Assembly (NCBI RefSeq): GCF_036971445.1
Contig: NC_091477.1
Span: 120,590,001-120,654,000 of the forward strand
Direction of reading: 5' to 3'
DNA length: 64,000 nt
From: Narcine bancroftii
Taxonomy: Eukaryota
The translations under genes and the position numbers were made by a program. Below, in pieces: positions 51,444 through 64,000 of the stretch; position 1 is the stretch's first letter; every line of letters begins with the position of its first letter. The notes beneath the pieces are model-generated. The model searched no databases, was not told where the DNA came from, and was given only the letters and a program-made list of their open reading frames with translations.

Positions 51444-52470
51444 CACACATGTCAAACTCTGGCCCGCGGGCCAAATTTGGCCCGTGATGTAATTATATTT
51501 GGCCTGCAAGATCATTTCAAAAATGTATTAGAGCTGGCCCGCTGGCCGCCGCGCCAGTATAGCGCTTGCACAGCTAATACTACAAATCCCAGAATGCATT
51601 GGCGTCAGCCTGCTAATCGCCCCCACCTCCTCTGTTTACGTTGCAGGGTCTCACCATGGACTCTGGTTTTGGGGCCTGGCCGGTGTCAGGGGAATCCAAG
51701 GCCGCTTCCCAGCGCCCAGAACCGGAGGCCTCGGGCCTGACCTCGCCAGGACCGTTGCCCACTCCCACTCCCTGCCGCAGGCTGACCCGTGACTCACGGT
51801 GACGGGGCCGCTGATCCGCCGAGATGCCGCCCTGCAGCGAGAGCCGATGCCCCCGCACTGTCATTGTCCAACCCGATCGCCTGCAAACCCCCCGCCCTCC
51901 CGCACACAGGCCTGAGTAAGTATTATGAACTTTAATCTCAGGATAAAACGATCTTCCAATAGTTTCATGTCACAGTGATAAATATATTCCTGGTTAAAAA
52001 TGGTCCTGCACCTGGATACAAGCTCATTAGGCATAAAACTTGAAAAGTGTGTAAATCAAAGGATATCTGTACCAATGGAAAAAGGGCATGGCAAATAACC
52101 CTGCTAGAGTTCATGCCCACAATCAGTCACCCATTTGATTGTTTCAGGAATCATGTTATTCTCCCACATTCTCAATAGCCCTCAGATTTTACTATTCGAC
52201 AGCACACTAGCAACATTTGACAAATCCTCTATAGAGAAATATTATTTATTGAATATTTTATTTCTCATTTTTTAATGCTTCTGGAAAGAGTTTATCCAAA
52301 ATTATTATTAAACATTTATTTTAATAAGAAAAAGTTTAACATTACATATGTTGAAAGAAGAGAAAACATGCAGATGTTGTTGAAAATTTGCAATAAATAT
52401 TTAGTTCGGCCCTCGACTTAGTCCAAGTTTTTAATTTTGGCCCTCCGTGAATTTGAGTTTGACACCCCTG
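51444..52470. mobile_element. non-autonomous hAT (Charlie-like) DNA transposon
   Basis: Ends are CACACATGTCAAACTC... and ...GAGTTTGACACCCCTG, with a perfect 8-bp TSD TGCTAAAG. It interrupts a minus-strand L1 remnant (about 51040-52680). Confidence 0.88.
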
Positions 52471-52820
52471 TGCTAAAGGAATTTATACAAATTCAACTTG
52501 ATACATAGTTAATTTCAATTTACATCTTATAGTCCTAATATTACTCAACACAAATAATATATTATCCTGTGGGAACTTAACCCCTGTTCTTCATTCCATA
52601 ATGTTTCCAACTTCCAACCAAAAAGGTTTAACTTTAGGACACTTCCAAGATGAATAGAGTCTCATGATTTAGACCAGATAATTTTGAAAGACAGCAATAT
52701 ATTTCCAAAGCTGGATGACATCCAACTTGAAGAAGTTGCTGGTATTATCACATGGTTATTTCACATACATTATAAATATTATCTAATACAACTGAAGCTT
52801 TCCTTGTGGGTTTGGCATGT

Positions 52821-53250
52821 CTTCTTTCTTCTTTGGCTTGGCTTTGCGGACGAAGATTTTTGGAGGGGGTAAAAAGTCCACGTCAGCTGCAGGCTCGTTT
52901 GTGGCTGACAAGTCCGATGCGGGACAGGCAGACACGGTTGCAGCGGCTGCAGGGGAAAATTGGTTGGTTGGGGTTGGGTGTTGGGTTTTTCCTCCTTTGC
53001 CTTTTGTCAGTGAGGTGGGCTCTGCGGTCTTCTTCAAAGGAGGTTGCTGCCCGCCAAACTGTGAGGCGCCAAGATGCACGGTTTGAGGCGATATCAGCCC
53101 ACTGGCGGTGGTCAATGTGGCAGGCACCAAGAGATTTCTTTAGGCAGTCCTTGTACCTTTTCTTTGGTGCACCTCTGTCACGGTGGCCAGTGGAGAGCTC
53201 GCCATATAACACGATTTTGGGAAGGCGATGGTCCTCCATTCTGGAGATGT
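52821..53250 (-). mobile_element. RTE LINE 3' fragment
   Basis: ORF 52883..53239 is near-identical to the other RTE copies. Confidence 0.9.
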
Positions 53251-54529
53251 GTACTGTGTGAGTAACTGCTGGACACTTTGCAGGTGGTGCACAATGTAGC
53301 CATTATTTCCGGACCTTGGGTTGGCACTCCATTTGTCTAAACCCATCTTAATTGACAGAGTCACTAATCCATTTATCCTAACTTCTTTCTCTTCCTAAAT
53401 ACGATGTGTCTTTAAATGCTCATTTAAGTGTTTTTTTTTAAATTTGTATAGTTTATTTAAAATTTTTGACTATACATGCACTCAATTACAATATTAAAAA
53501 ATACAAGTACCAAAGTATTTACTCCATGATGGTTATATCCCAACCCCTCCAAACCCCACCCACCCAAGAAAAAGCCCCAAAGAAAAAGAAATAGAAAGAA
53601 AGAAAAGCAAGAAAAGATAGAAGTCCATCCCAACTAGGAAAAGAGAAGGATAGAGCCTGAGCACCGGCTGCTGTGTCGTGACAACCCCGTAAAACCTTGA
53701 TATATGTCTTACACCTTCATTGTGAGTGTCTTGAATGTTGCGTGTAACTGTGGTTAGTTAAATGTTAAATGTGGTGGATAAGGAGGGAGGGGGAATGAAA
53801 AGAGCTTGAACTCTGCAGAAAACTGTATAAATAGAAAATTGTAAATTGTAGTTAATGCTGACACTGTTAATATTGACACTGATAATGTTGATAGCTGTTT
53901 AAGTTTGGAAAATCATATATAAAATATTCAAAAGAAAAGAAAAGGAATAAGGAAAAGTAAGAAAGAAAAAGAAAGCAGAGTGGATTGCACTGAATATCCA
54001 CATTTTCACATTCCTCTTGATTATTCAGCCTTAATACAAGGTAAATTATTGAACCAATTTATACAGACATTGAAACAATTACAGAAGCAAGCACAACAGA
54101 CCAACTTGTATAAAGTCCAGAAACGTAGTTCATCTTTGATCACCTAACAGGAGCATTGATGAAAGAAATTGGTCAAAAAGAACCTTACCACTTTCTTCAA
54201 TAATTTAATGATCATTGTTTCTTGGAATAATTTAGACTGCTTTTCATGAAAAAATTGAACTGAAGAAACACAGGTAGATGCTAAAAAATCAAATACTGAG
54301 CTCAGTCGGGGTTCAATAAGCTGTGATGCATAACAGGTTCTTATTTCCAAGCAGATTTTAAATTTTAAAACAAAGTTTTATGATACAGCAAGATAAAAGC
54401 CTATTCTGGCCATGGAATATGATCCACGGAAACATATTGGCACGCAATTAACCCACCAACCCTGTATGTTTTGGAGGGTGGGAGAAAACTAGAGGACCAG
54501 GAGAAAACCCAGACCCATGAGGTGAGAAA

Positions 54530-55340
54530 GCTACTCCAAGAGGATAGCTCAACTCTGCGACAGGATATGATAGGCTGGTGGTTTGGTGAAAACTTGGCAA
54601 ATGAATTTAGGAAAATGTAAGATCACTTTTGTAGGAGGAATCAAAATGCATACTTCTGCCTAAATGGAGAAGATTGAAGTGTGGAGTTCAGATCTATCAA
54701 GGTGTTCATGCACATAAAACACTAAAAGTTAGCCTGCAGGTGGAACAATAATTAACAAGGTAAACGGGGCATAGACCTTTATTGAAAGGGGGATTGAGTT
54801 TAAAATGAGAGGTGTTGTCTCAATTATACAGGGTGCTGTTGATACTGTACCGAGAATGTTGTGTACAGTTTTGATCTGCTTCTTTAAGGAAGTCAAGCCA
54901 GTCCTGAAGAGATATGCTGGCCAGGAATGTGGGTTTTGTCCTGAAACAAAAGGCAACAAAAAAGTTAGATCTGTCTCCTTTGGAGTTTAGAAGATCTTAT
55001 TGAAATATATAACTTCTGAGGAGGCGTTACAAGACAGATGCTGAAATATTTTGACTTATGGGAGAGTCTTGAGTAATGGGACGTAATTACAAGATTAGGG
55101 AACACTCATTTAAAAATTAATTGTGTGGCAATTCCTTTGGAATCTTCAGCTGGAAAGTCATAAAGATGAGTTCACCAGAGATATTTAAAACAGAGTTAAG
55201 TTTTTGGAAGATCAGGAAATTGAGGGCTATGGTATTAGCACAGAAGAATTTATGGCTGAGGTAGATCAGCTGTGAAATATTGAATGGCAGGACTGGCTTG
55301 AGGGATCAGCTTGTGCTCCTATTGTGTTCTTTCTTTGACT
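54530..55340 (+). mobile_element. old CR1 3' remnant
   Basis: Degenerate similarity to the 3' part of the CR1 at 9273-10637. Confidence 0.55.
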
Positions 55341-56039
55341 TGAAGACACACAATATTTGGTATTCCAAACATTGCAATAGAAATTCTCCAATTCTCCAGG
55401 ATGACAAGATTAGCTTGCCTCTGGCCTCTTGTGTGGATGTAAGATGTCCCATGACAAAGAAATCTATGGACTTTAACTCTGCCCCCTTATTAACATGCAT
55501 CTATCAATGAGCAATGTTCAGGCTGATTATCTGAATCATTATTATTCTTCAAATTGGAATGGATTTACAGGCAAATTGTTTGCTTTATTTCTAACATCAG
55601 AGACTGAACTTCAAAAGTATTTTCTGCCAAAGTTTCAAACTTCGATGCCAAACTTATGTACCACTTTCTTCTCTGCTCCATGTTTGTTCTTCATTTTTCA
55701 AGTGCAGGGACTTCATTTGGTTTAAGGTCTCTCATGGAAGTGTAGGTTGCTTCTTTTTTAATCATACTTTCATAAATGTGATTCTGATCAAAATAACTTT
55801 GCTGTAGCTGAAATCAAATCACAACTAAAGTTAAGAGCTACTGCCTTTCTGGGCATGAATGTCATATCAGTGGATAAATTCTAGTGCAATTCACATGGAA
55901 TTGAATGCAGAATAACTTGTCTTTGCTGTACCTGGAGCAAATATTTGTGGTTCAATGTAGCAATGTGTAAACATGAGTGAATGCTTCCCTCCTATGACAC
56001 CTCTGGCCAAATCTTGCTCAAATAAAACTTTAAATTAAA

Positions 56040-56260
56040 TTTAGACATACAGCACCAATTTCAGGCCCTTTCATCCAATGATCCCGTGCCACCCAATTAC
56101 TCCCAATTGACCAACAATCCTGTTACATTTTAAAGGGTGGGAGGAAACCGGAACATGTGGAGGAAACCCACACAAACTCCTTACAGGCAGCGCTGGATTG
56201 ATGCCCTAGACACTGGCACTGCAACACCCCTGCACTGGGCACCACTCTAACCATGCCACC
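56040..56260 (-). mobile_element. tRNA-derived SINE
   Basis: Reverse complement of the SINE core (gggtgggaggaaaccgg...caaactccttaca). Confidence 0.6.
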
Positions 56261-57203
56261 CTAAGCATAAAGCTGGTCCTGGAAATTGGTAATAATTACA
56301 AAAAGGTTTACTTTTGTGGAGAGGCCTTCCTGGTGCATTGATCCAGGCAAATCTACACAGTGAATAAATGTGAACATGACTTCATTCTCATGTACATAAA
56401 TACAATGCATGGATGCACCAAATTGCTGTTTGCTGCAGCCAAAGGTACTAAAATGGTTTAAATTATATGTGCTGTGGCTAAAATAATTTGCTGCAATGGG
56501 GCAGAGGAAGACTCTTCTGGGAATGTTCCGTGCCAAATTATAAAAGATGTTGCACAAGAAGATATGTGCCAAAATTCTTACTTTCAGCTGCCAAAAAGGT
56601 AACTTTTAAAGAAAACGTTAAATAGTAAAACTAATTGAATTGAATTAAAAGAGACAACTCTTTTTGCATCTATAGGTGCTGGTTTTGGGTAGCTGTGAGA
56701 AGAGTTGTCACTAGGGTAATGGGAGTCCTTCGTGATGCTGGCTGCTTTCTTGAGGCAGTGCCTCTCAATCAGGCCTGCAGTGGATGGGAGGTTGGAGCCT
56801 GTGATAGCCGTGGCTGTGTTTCTAATCTTTTGCAGCCTTCTTCCTTCCTCAGGCAGTCGAATTCCTGAACCAGCCTGTGAGGCAATCAGTCAGTATGCTT
56901 TCCACAGCACATCAGTAGAAGTTGATCAAGTATCCAACAACATGCCAAATCTCTTCAGAATCCTTCAGATTCAGAAGTAGAGGCACTGGATTTTCTTCTG
57001 CTCCAGGAAAGATCATTTGAAATATGAACTCCCATGAGCTTAATGGTTCTGAGTCTCTCCACCTCTGTCCAATCAATGCAGATAGGTGCATGGTCTTTCA
57101 GCTTCTCCTTCCTTCAATCAACAATCATTTCCTTGGTCTTGATGATGTTGAGAGAAAGATTGTTACACCACAAAATGTTTCTACTTTGAAATGCATTTCT
57201 ATA

Positions 57204-57841
57204 GCCGCTTTCAGGTGCATTCTCCCCCCAAGGATGCGCCTGCAGAAGCCGGATTCAGACCTGGGGAATAGTTGTTCAGGTGGCAGCGCTGAAAGCGCAG
57301 CACTGGCCACCTGAAAGGGACAGCTTCACGGGAGGCTCCTCAGAGCGCACTCCGGCATGTCAGGGTTGGGGCGGCCAGCGCAGGATGTCACCAGCCGCCC
57401 CAGCACTGACATCCTGCGCTGCCTGCCCCAGTGCTGACATCCCATGCCAGTCACCCCAGCTCTGACATCCTGTGCCACCCGCCCCAGTGCTGACATCTTG
57501 CTCTTCCCACCCCAGCTCTGACATCCCACGCCTCCTGCCCCAGCCCTGACATCCCACACTGGCTGCCCCTTCCCTGACATCCCGTGCTGGGGGGGGGGGG
57601 GCAGGGGCAGCAGGGAGGGGGCTGTCATGTGCTCACCAGCTGATTGTCACCCCCCCTTAGCAGCCACTTTCAGGCAGCTGCATTCAGGTGCCGGGGGAGG
57701 GGAACTTCAGTGCTCCGGCGATTATCCCTCTCGGAGGAGGGTTGGAAAGTGAGCCTCGGAGGTGCCTCCTGCTCTTTCAGGTGGCCTCCCGACAGCCAGA
57801 CAGGGCTTTACATCGGGGTATTTTGGCCACCTGAAAGTGCC
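57204..57841. mobile_element. non-autonomous TIR element with an internal 28-bp minisatellite
   Basis: tata|GCCGCTTTCAGGTG ... CACCTGAAAGTGCC|tata; internal repeats of the TIR motif. Confidence 0.7.
57398..57590 (+). repeat. 28-bp tandem repeat, 7 copies (ccccagNNctgacatcc core)
   Basis: Directly visible; an inverted unit lies at about 57355-57372. Confidence 0.9.
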
Positions 57842-58559
57842 TATAATGTTGTCTCCGTCACTTATACCTTTCACGTTAAATACAAAAGATTGAATGAAGT
57901 AACGTATCATTTATTTCCATCTGCTTCTACTCACCTCTCCCCCTTTTTCAGGATGGTCCCAGACTTTATACCACCCAGTAATCGAAACAATAATTGATAA
58001 TGACAGTTCCATCAAAGCAAGTAGGAGAATAATGATTCTCAGACTGAAATGAGATTCCTGGAATGAATCACAAGGGTTTATCAACATGTTGGAGAGTTAC
58101 AACTGAAACAGTAAAAGTTGAACATTAGCAAATTTAACAAATCTCAGAATTATTCCTGGTTGAGTCTTAGAGTCACAAAATTTTACAGCATGGAAAGAGA
58201 ACCTTGTCCATGCCAATCAAATCGTCTGCCTAAATGGTCCTATTTGCCTACATTTAGCCTATAGCCCTTTCAAACTATCTGACAAATATCCTTCAAGTAA
58301 TTGACAAAAATGATCAAATCTCCCACAGAAGAAATCTGGGATCAATTATCAACTTGCTGACCAATTTTAATTTGGGCCCAATTAATTTCTGTAAATGACT
58401 TTTTGTAATGACCAGCTATATGAGATATGTGTTGGAGCAGGAATTGAATAATCATGAAGCAGACAATTTTAGAAGTAGCAGGTAAAGAACTTTCTGTGGA
58501 AAGTAAGAGCAGCTGGGAATTACATTATGAATGGTGGGACATTCAAGAGAATGTTGTAG

Positions 58560-59110
58560 AAAAGAGAGACCCAGCCTTGGAAGTAGCAACTCAGATGGAC
58601 AATGTGATGAAGAAAGCATTTGGTAAACTAGTACAAAAATCGGGATGTGATTCAGTTGCACAAGGCTTGATGAGATCACACTTAGACTATTGTGTGGAGT
58701 TCCAACCACCCAGATAAAGGAAGGATGGCAATAAATTGAAAGGGGCCTTCAGCAGGATGTTGCCAGGTCTGGAGGGGTTGAGTTATAGGGAGAGAATGGA
58801 TCGTCTGGGTCATTATTCCCCAGACCACAGGAGACTGAGAAGTGATCATAGAGAGGTTAATGAGATCAAGAGGGGCATGTACAAACCAAATGCTCTGAAT
58901 TTTTAGGTGGGCATAGGTTAAGCTTAGGACAAACATAAAAGGCAACATTTTCACTCAGAAGGTGGTCCGGCTGGAACAACCTGCAAGAAGGCACAATAAC
59001 AATATTAATTAAACATTTGGACAAAGATACGGGTGGGAAGGTCTTAGAAGGATGTGGACCAAGGGCAGAGAAATGGTACTAGCCCAGAATACCAGGTTGG
59101 TTGGCATAGA
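58560..59110 (+). mobile_element. old CR1 3' remnant
   Basis: LMRSHLDYCVEF... followed by the typical CR1 3' sequence. Confidence 0.55.
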
Positions 59111-59129
59111 CAAGTTGGCCTGAGGGAGC

Positions 59130-59895
59130 AAAATGGAGCAAGGAGTAACAACCTGAGTCTTAACGTGGACAAGATGAAGAAGATGATCGTGGACTTCAGG
59201 AAGGCAAAGAATGACCACCATCCACTATATATCAACAACTCTGTAGTGGAGAAAGTGGAGAGCACCATGTTCCTTGGAGTTCACTTCACTAGTGACCTAT
59301 TGTGGACTCTCAACATCTCCTCACTTGTTAGGAAGGCACAACAGTGACTGCATTTTCTCAGAAGACTGAAGTAGGAAAGGCTACCAGCCAATATTATGTC
59401 AACCTTCTACCAGAGCTCTGGCCAACTGCATCACAGTGTTGTACATTCGCTGCAGAGAAATGGAACAGAGATCAATCAACAGGACCATAGGAGTGAAGAG
59501 GGGATCACTCCCCCCCCTCTCCCGCTTCAGTGTGATCTCCTGGGATTGTTGACTGAAGAGGGTGCACAGAATCATCGAGGACCCCGTCCGCTCCGCATAC
59601 AGAATCTTTCAGCTGCTCCCATCAGGGAAGAGATGCAATGATGCAATGAAGAGATGCAATCAGAGCCAGCGCCACCAGGCTGAGGAACAGCTTCTATTCA
59701 AGAGCAGTGAGAATGTTGAATGACCAAAGGAACAGCTCACACTAAACATATGAGACTCTCATATTTGTGAAATTATATTTATTTATTTGTATATGTGAAT
59801 ATTTGTCCTGCGTATGCATTGCTTGTTTTTATGCTTGTTACATCTGGTTGCGTGCCACATGTTTTGCACCGAGGACCCGAGAACACTGTTTCTAG
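59130..59895 (+). mobile_element. Rex1/Babar-like LINE 3' fragment
   Basis: NNLSLNVDKMKKMIVDFRK...FLGVHFTSDLLWT...RKAQQ; TRLRNSF motif. Confidence 0.75.
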
Positions 59896-60315
59896 TAAGT
59901 CTTCTCTGAACCCTCTCCAATGTCAGCACATCCTTTCTCAAACTGTACACAGTGCTCCAAGTGAGGTCTCACTGGAGTCCTATAGAGACTTATCATTGCA
60001 TCCCTGTTCTTATATGTGACTGTTGTTCTTAGGATAATAGATCATTTCAAAGAATGTTGGAGTTTACAGCTATCACAGAAACGTTCACGTAATTTTAGTT
60101 TGTACTTACTGAAAGATTCACATATTCAGATTTACATTCACCGACTTTGTCACCACAGGTGACATGAGGAACCCATTTCCGTAGATCCATGGCAAACAGC
60201 AGGAAAGCAGATAGGCTGGCCGCAGCACTCAATAGATTAGAGACAGCACAGCACCTGAGCTATCAACAGTTAAAAGATTGAGGTTATTATTTTATAATAA
60301 CAATGTGGAATGATT

Positions 60316-61688
60316 AGAGAACAAAACAAAGGACACTACATCACCTTTGTTGACCTCACCAAAGCCTTCGACACCGTGAGCAGGAAAGGGCTTTGGCAAA
60401 TACTAGAGCGCATCGGATGCCCCCCAAAGTTCCTCAACATGATTATCCAACTGCACGAAAACCAACAAGGTCGGGTCAGATACAGCAATGAGCTCTCTGA
60501 ACCCTTCTCCAGTAACAATGGCGTGAAGCAAGGCTGTGTACTCGCACCAACCCTCTTTTCAATCTTCTTCAGCATGATGCTGAACCAAGCCATGAAAGAC
60601 CTCAACAATGAAGACGCTGTTTACATCCGGTACCGCACGGATGGCAGTCTCTTCAATCTGAGGTGCCTGCAAGCTCACACCAAGACACAAGAGAAATTTG
60701 TCCGTGAACTACTCTTTGCAGACGATGCCGCTTTAGTTGCCCATTCAGAGCCAGCTCTTCAGCGCTTGACGTCCTGTTTTGCGGAAACTGCCAAAATGTT
60801 TGGCATGGAAGTCAGCCTGAAGAAAACTGAGGTTCTCCATCAGCCAGCTCCCCACCATGACTACCAGCCCCCCACATCTCCATCGGGCACACAAAACTCA
60901 AAACGGTCAACCAGTTTACCTATCTCGGCTGCACCATTTCATCAGATGCAAGGATCGACAACGAGACAGACAACAGACTCGCCAAGGCAAATAGCGCCTT
61001 TGGAAGACTACACAAAAGAGTCTGGAAAAACAACCAACTGAAAAACCTCACAAAGATAAGCGTATACAGAGCCGTTGTCATACCCACATTCCTGTTCGGC
61101 TCCGAATCATGGGTCCTCTACCGGCATCACCTACGGCTCCTAGAATGCTTCCACCAGCGTTGTCTCCGCTCCATCCTCAACATTCATTGGAGCGCTTTCA
61201 TCCCTAACGTCGAAGTACTCGAGATGGCCGAGGCCGACAGCATCGAGTCCACGCTGCTGAAGATCCAGCTGCGCTGGGTGGGTCACGTCTCCAGAATGGA
61301 GGACCATCGCCTTCCCAAGATCGTGTTATATGGCGAGCTCTCCACTGGCCACCGTGACAGAGGTGCACCAAAGAAAAGGTACAAGGACTGCCTAAAGAAA
61401 TCTCTTGGTGCCTGCCACATTGACCACTGCCAGTGGGCTGATATCGCCTCAAACCGTGCATCTTGGCGCCTCACAGTTTGGCGGGCAGCAACCTCCTTTG
61501 AAGAAGACCGCAGAGCCCACCTCACTGACAAAAGGCAAAGGAGAAAAAACCCAACACCCAACCCCAACCCACCAATTTTCCCCTGCAACCGCTGCAACCG
61601 TGTCTGCCTGTCCCGCATCGGACTTGTCAGCCACAAACGAGCCTGCAGCTGACTCCATAAATCTTCGTCCGCGAAGCCAAGCCAAAGA
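60316..61688 (+). mobile_element. RTE (BovB-like clade) LINE, 5'-truncated, RT domain plus C-terminus
   Basis: FVDLTKAFD, GVKQGCVLAP and LLFADD motifs; a frameshift at about 60870; C-terminal CxxC...H...C. Confidence 0.92.
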
Positions 61689-63309
61689 ATTCATTGGTCT
61701 GACCAACCACATACAATTCAGTTTTGTTACACAGTGATTTTTAAGTAATCCCGAAGCTCTGCATATTAGTGGCTTTTTTTAGATATGCTTCACCAAACCA
61801 GAGAATAAAGAAACTTGAGTTTCAAATTAATAGGGTGGGTACAGAGGGTGAATGAACAGAGAATTGATGGAATTCTTCCATTGGTTGTATCCCAGAAGTG
61901 ATCAAGTGTCGTAGTCTGGAAGGGCAGTTCCACCAACTCAAGAAGCTTGACAGCATCCACATCCAAAGTATGCCCTTGATTGGGACTCATCATTCACCCG
62001 AGACTTTCAGCCACTCCACCATCAGAAAGACTTGGTTGCATCCTGCACTTCCAGGCACAGAGATCATCTCCCAAGGCCACCCACCATCACTGGACAATGG
62101 GTGGCTTATAGCCGTGGGGGTTCTGTGGTCAAAGGATCTGATTTTCCACTGAATTATGCCAGTAATTCATGAATCTAAGAAAGACAAGGGTCTTGGGGCA
62201 TGGGAACACCACCACTTCCCAGTCATTTATTTTCTTGACTGGGAAGTATGTTGTCATTCCTCCACTGGCACTGGGTCGCAATCTTTGAAATTCCAACTGA
62301 AAACCACAAAAAGAGCATCTCAAGAAGAAGACCACCGAAACCGTTGCATAAAGCAGTTCCTCACTGTCCCCTCGTGGGCAATTAGGGATGAGAAATAAAT
62401 GCTGGCCTTGCCAAAATGGGCATATCCCAAAGATGGTGTATATACTTGATTCAGCCAGGACATTGCACTTAGCCCCAAATGACTGTGCTTCCCCTGGTTA
62501 CCAGTGGATATTGCCCTCAGCTGCTTTGCTGCCAAATGTCAGTTCAAAGGAATTTCTCTCACCCAACATGTCTGATGACCCAAGGCTGAATTGTCACAGG
62601 CATAAAAACAATTAAAAATAATAATTTCCCACTGATAATTTAAACACATGGGGAAAAAAAACAATACATTATTAAGTTGGCAGATGAAATATCATGAACC
62701 AAATAAAATTGATGCATTTAAGAGAATTACAAATAAAGTGCATAAAATTATTTTTAGGACAATGTCACAGAGTTTGCTCAGAATAATTGTTGCTGCACTC
62801 AATTAGACATTTGGCTGGAAATTATAACTTCTTTCAGACCATTTTAGAATGAGACTAGCATTCTCTTCCAAGAAACACAAAACTGCAGATGCTAGAATCT
62901 TGAACAGGCAAAGAATTGCTGGAGGAACTCAACAGATCAGACAGCATCCAAGGGTAGATATAGTCAGTCAATGTTTTGGGTCAGGGCTCCTTATCAAGAC
63001 TTGTTATTTTCTTGCTATAAATTCTTTCAGTTCATGTCAGTTTTCTTTCATTTCATTTAGTTGTGGTGAAGAAAGCTCATTGGAGAAGGACTGAAGCTTT
63101 GGCAAGGTTAGGGATTTCCATGCTGAACCTTGCTTGAATCCTAAAGTTCCTTGCAATTTCACAGAGGGCAGAAATTATTAATTTCAATGTCATTACAACT
63201 GAGTTGTCTGTTCTTGCAAGTCTGAATTATAAGGAAAGGCTGTATAGTCTGGAACTTTTCTTCTCTGGTGTAGAGGAGTCTGAGCAGTGACTTCTGACAG
63301 GCACGTAAA

Positions 63310-63555
63310 TTATTTATTTTATTTATTTAGATGTACAGCACAGTAACCAGCCCTTTAAGCCCACGAGCCTGTGCCGCCCAGTTACACCCAATACAGGTGC
63401 AACCCCGGTACCTGTTGAAGGGTGGGAGGAAACCAGAGCAAACCCACACAGACACAGGGAAAATATCCAAACCCCTTACAGTCAGCAATGGATTCGAACC
63501 CCAACCAGTGGCACTGTAACAGCATTACATTAACTGCTACACTAACCTTGCCAAC
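63310..63555 (-). mobile_element. tRNA-derived SINE nested in a CR1 remnant
   Basis: Reverse-complement B box (gggttcgaatcc), SINE core and (ttta)n tail. Confidence 0.65.
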
Positions 63556-64000
63556 CTAGATAAGCTGAAGGATCACAGTCTTTTCCCCAGTTTAAAACTA
63601 TATGGTATTTAGATTTAAAGGGATGAAGAGAAGCAACTTTTCCACACAGATGGTCATGGATATATTGCCTGAGGAATTGTAAGATGCAGGTACCATTGTA
63701 ACATTAATATTAGATGGGTACAGAGATAAAAAAGGTTTGTATGGGTCTAATGGCAGAAAATCTGACTATCAGATAGACACCTCAATTAACACAATCGAGT
63801 AGGACCGAAGGGCCTCTTTCCATGCTGTATAACACCATGACTTGATATACAACAGGTGATGACAAACAGAAACAGTTAAGGAATCACAGAGTTAGTAAAA
63901 ATGTATAATTGAATAAAGTATTGAATCTTGCATCTCTTATATTTTCTTTTAGGCTGAGGTTAAGGAATGGGAGTCTGATGGATGTTTACTGGGCTTTTGT

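Noticed and set aside
57398-57590. CRISPR-like repeat/spacer pattern
   Set aside because: The variable parts are only 11 nt and resemble each other, there are no cas genes, the context is vertebrate, and the array sits inside a TIR element. It is a minisatellite.

Overview
This is vertebrate genomic DNA, and the repeat families suggest a cartilaginous fish (inference). The window holds part of a V2R/OlfC (CaSR-like class C GPCR) chemoreceptor cluster. Gene A (minus strand) has exons 1-4 and runs off the left edge. Gene B (minus strand, 30559->13290) is intact, with 6 exons and about 862 aa. A decayed exon-6 remnant of a fourth copy, D, lies at 35420-35983. Gene C (plus strand, 39544->50373) is intact, with 6 exons and about 860 aa, and is head-to-head with B. 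Exon lengths are near-identical across paralogs (203/292/828-834/228/124/908 nt). The rest is dense in CR1, L1/Tx1, Rex1, RTE, Penelope and SINE sequence, plus a solo LTR and two non-autonomous DNA transposons. Five observations stand out: (1) a roughly 45-kb AT-rich domain over the cluster that is not CpG-depleted and ends abruptly in intron 4 of gene C; (2) exon-restricted, patchwork gene-conversion signatures among paralogs, with polarised CpG decay; (3) a GC-AG intron in gene A with a competing out-of-frame GT donor; (4) shared promoter and intron-1 motifs (TATA, O/E-like, RFX X-box-like); (5) an L1 derivative with ORF2 deleted. No prokaryotic-type system such as CRISPR is supported. All counts and identities are by-eye estimates.
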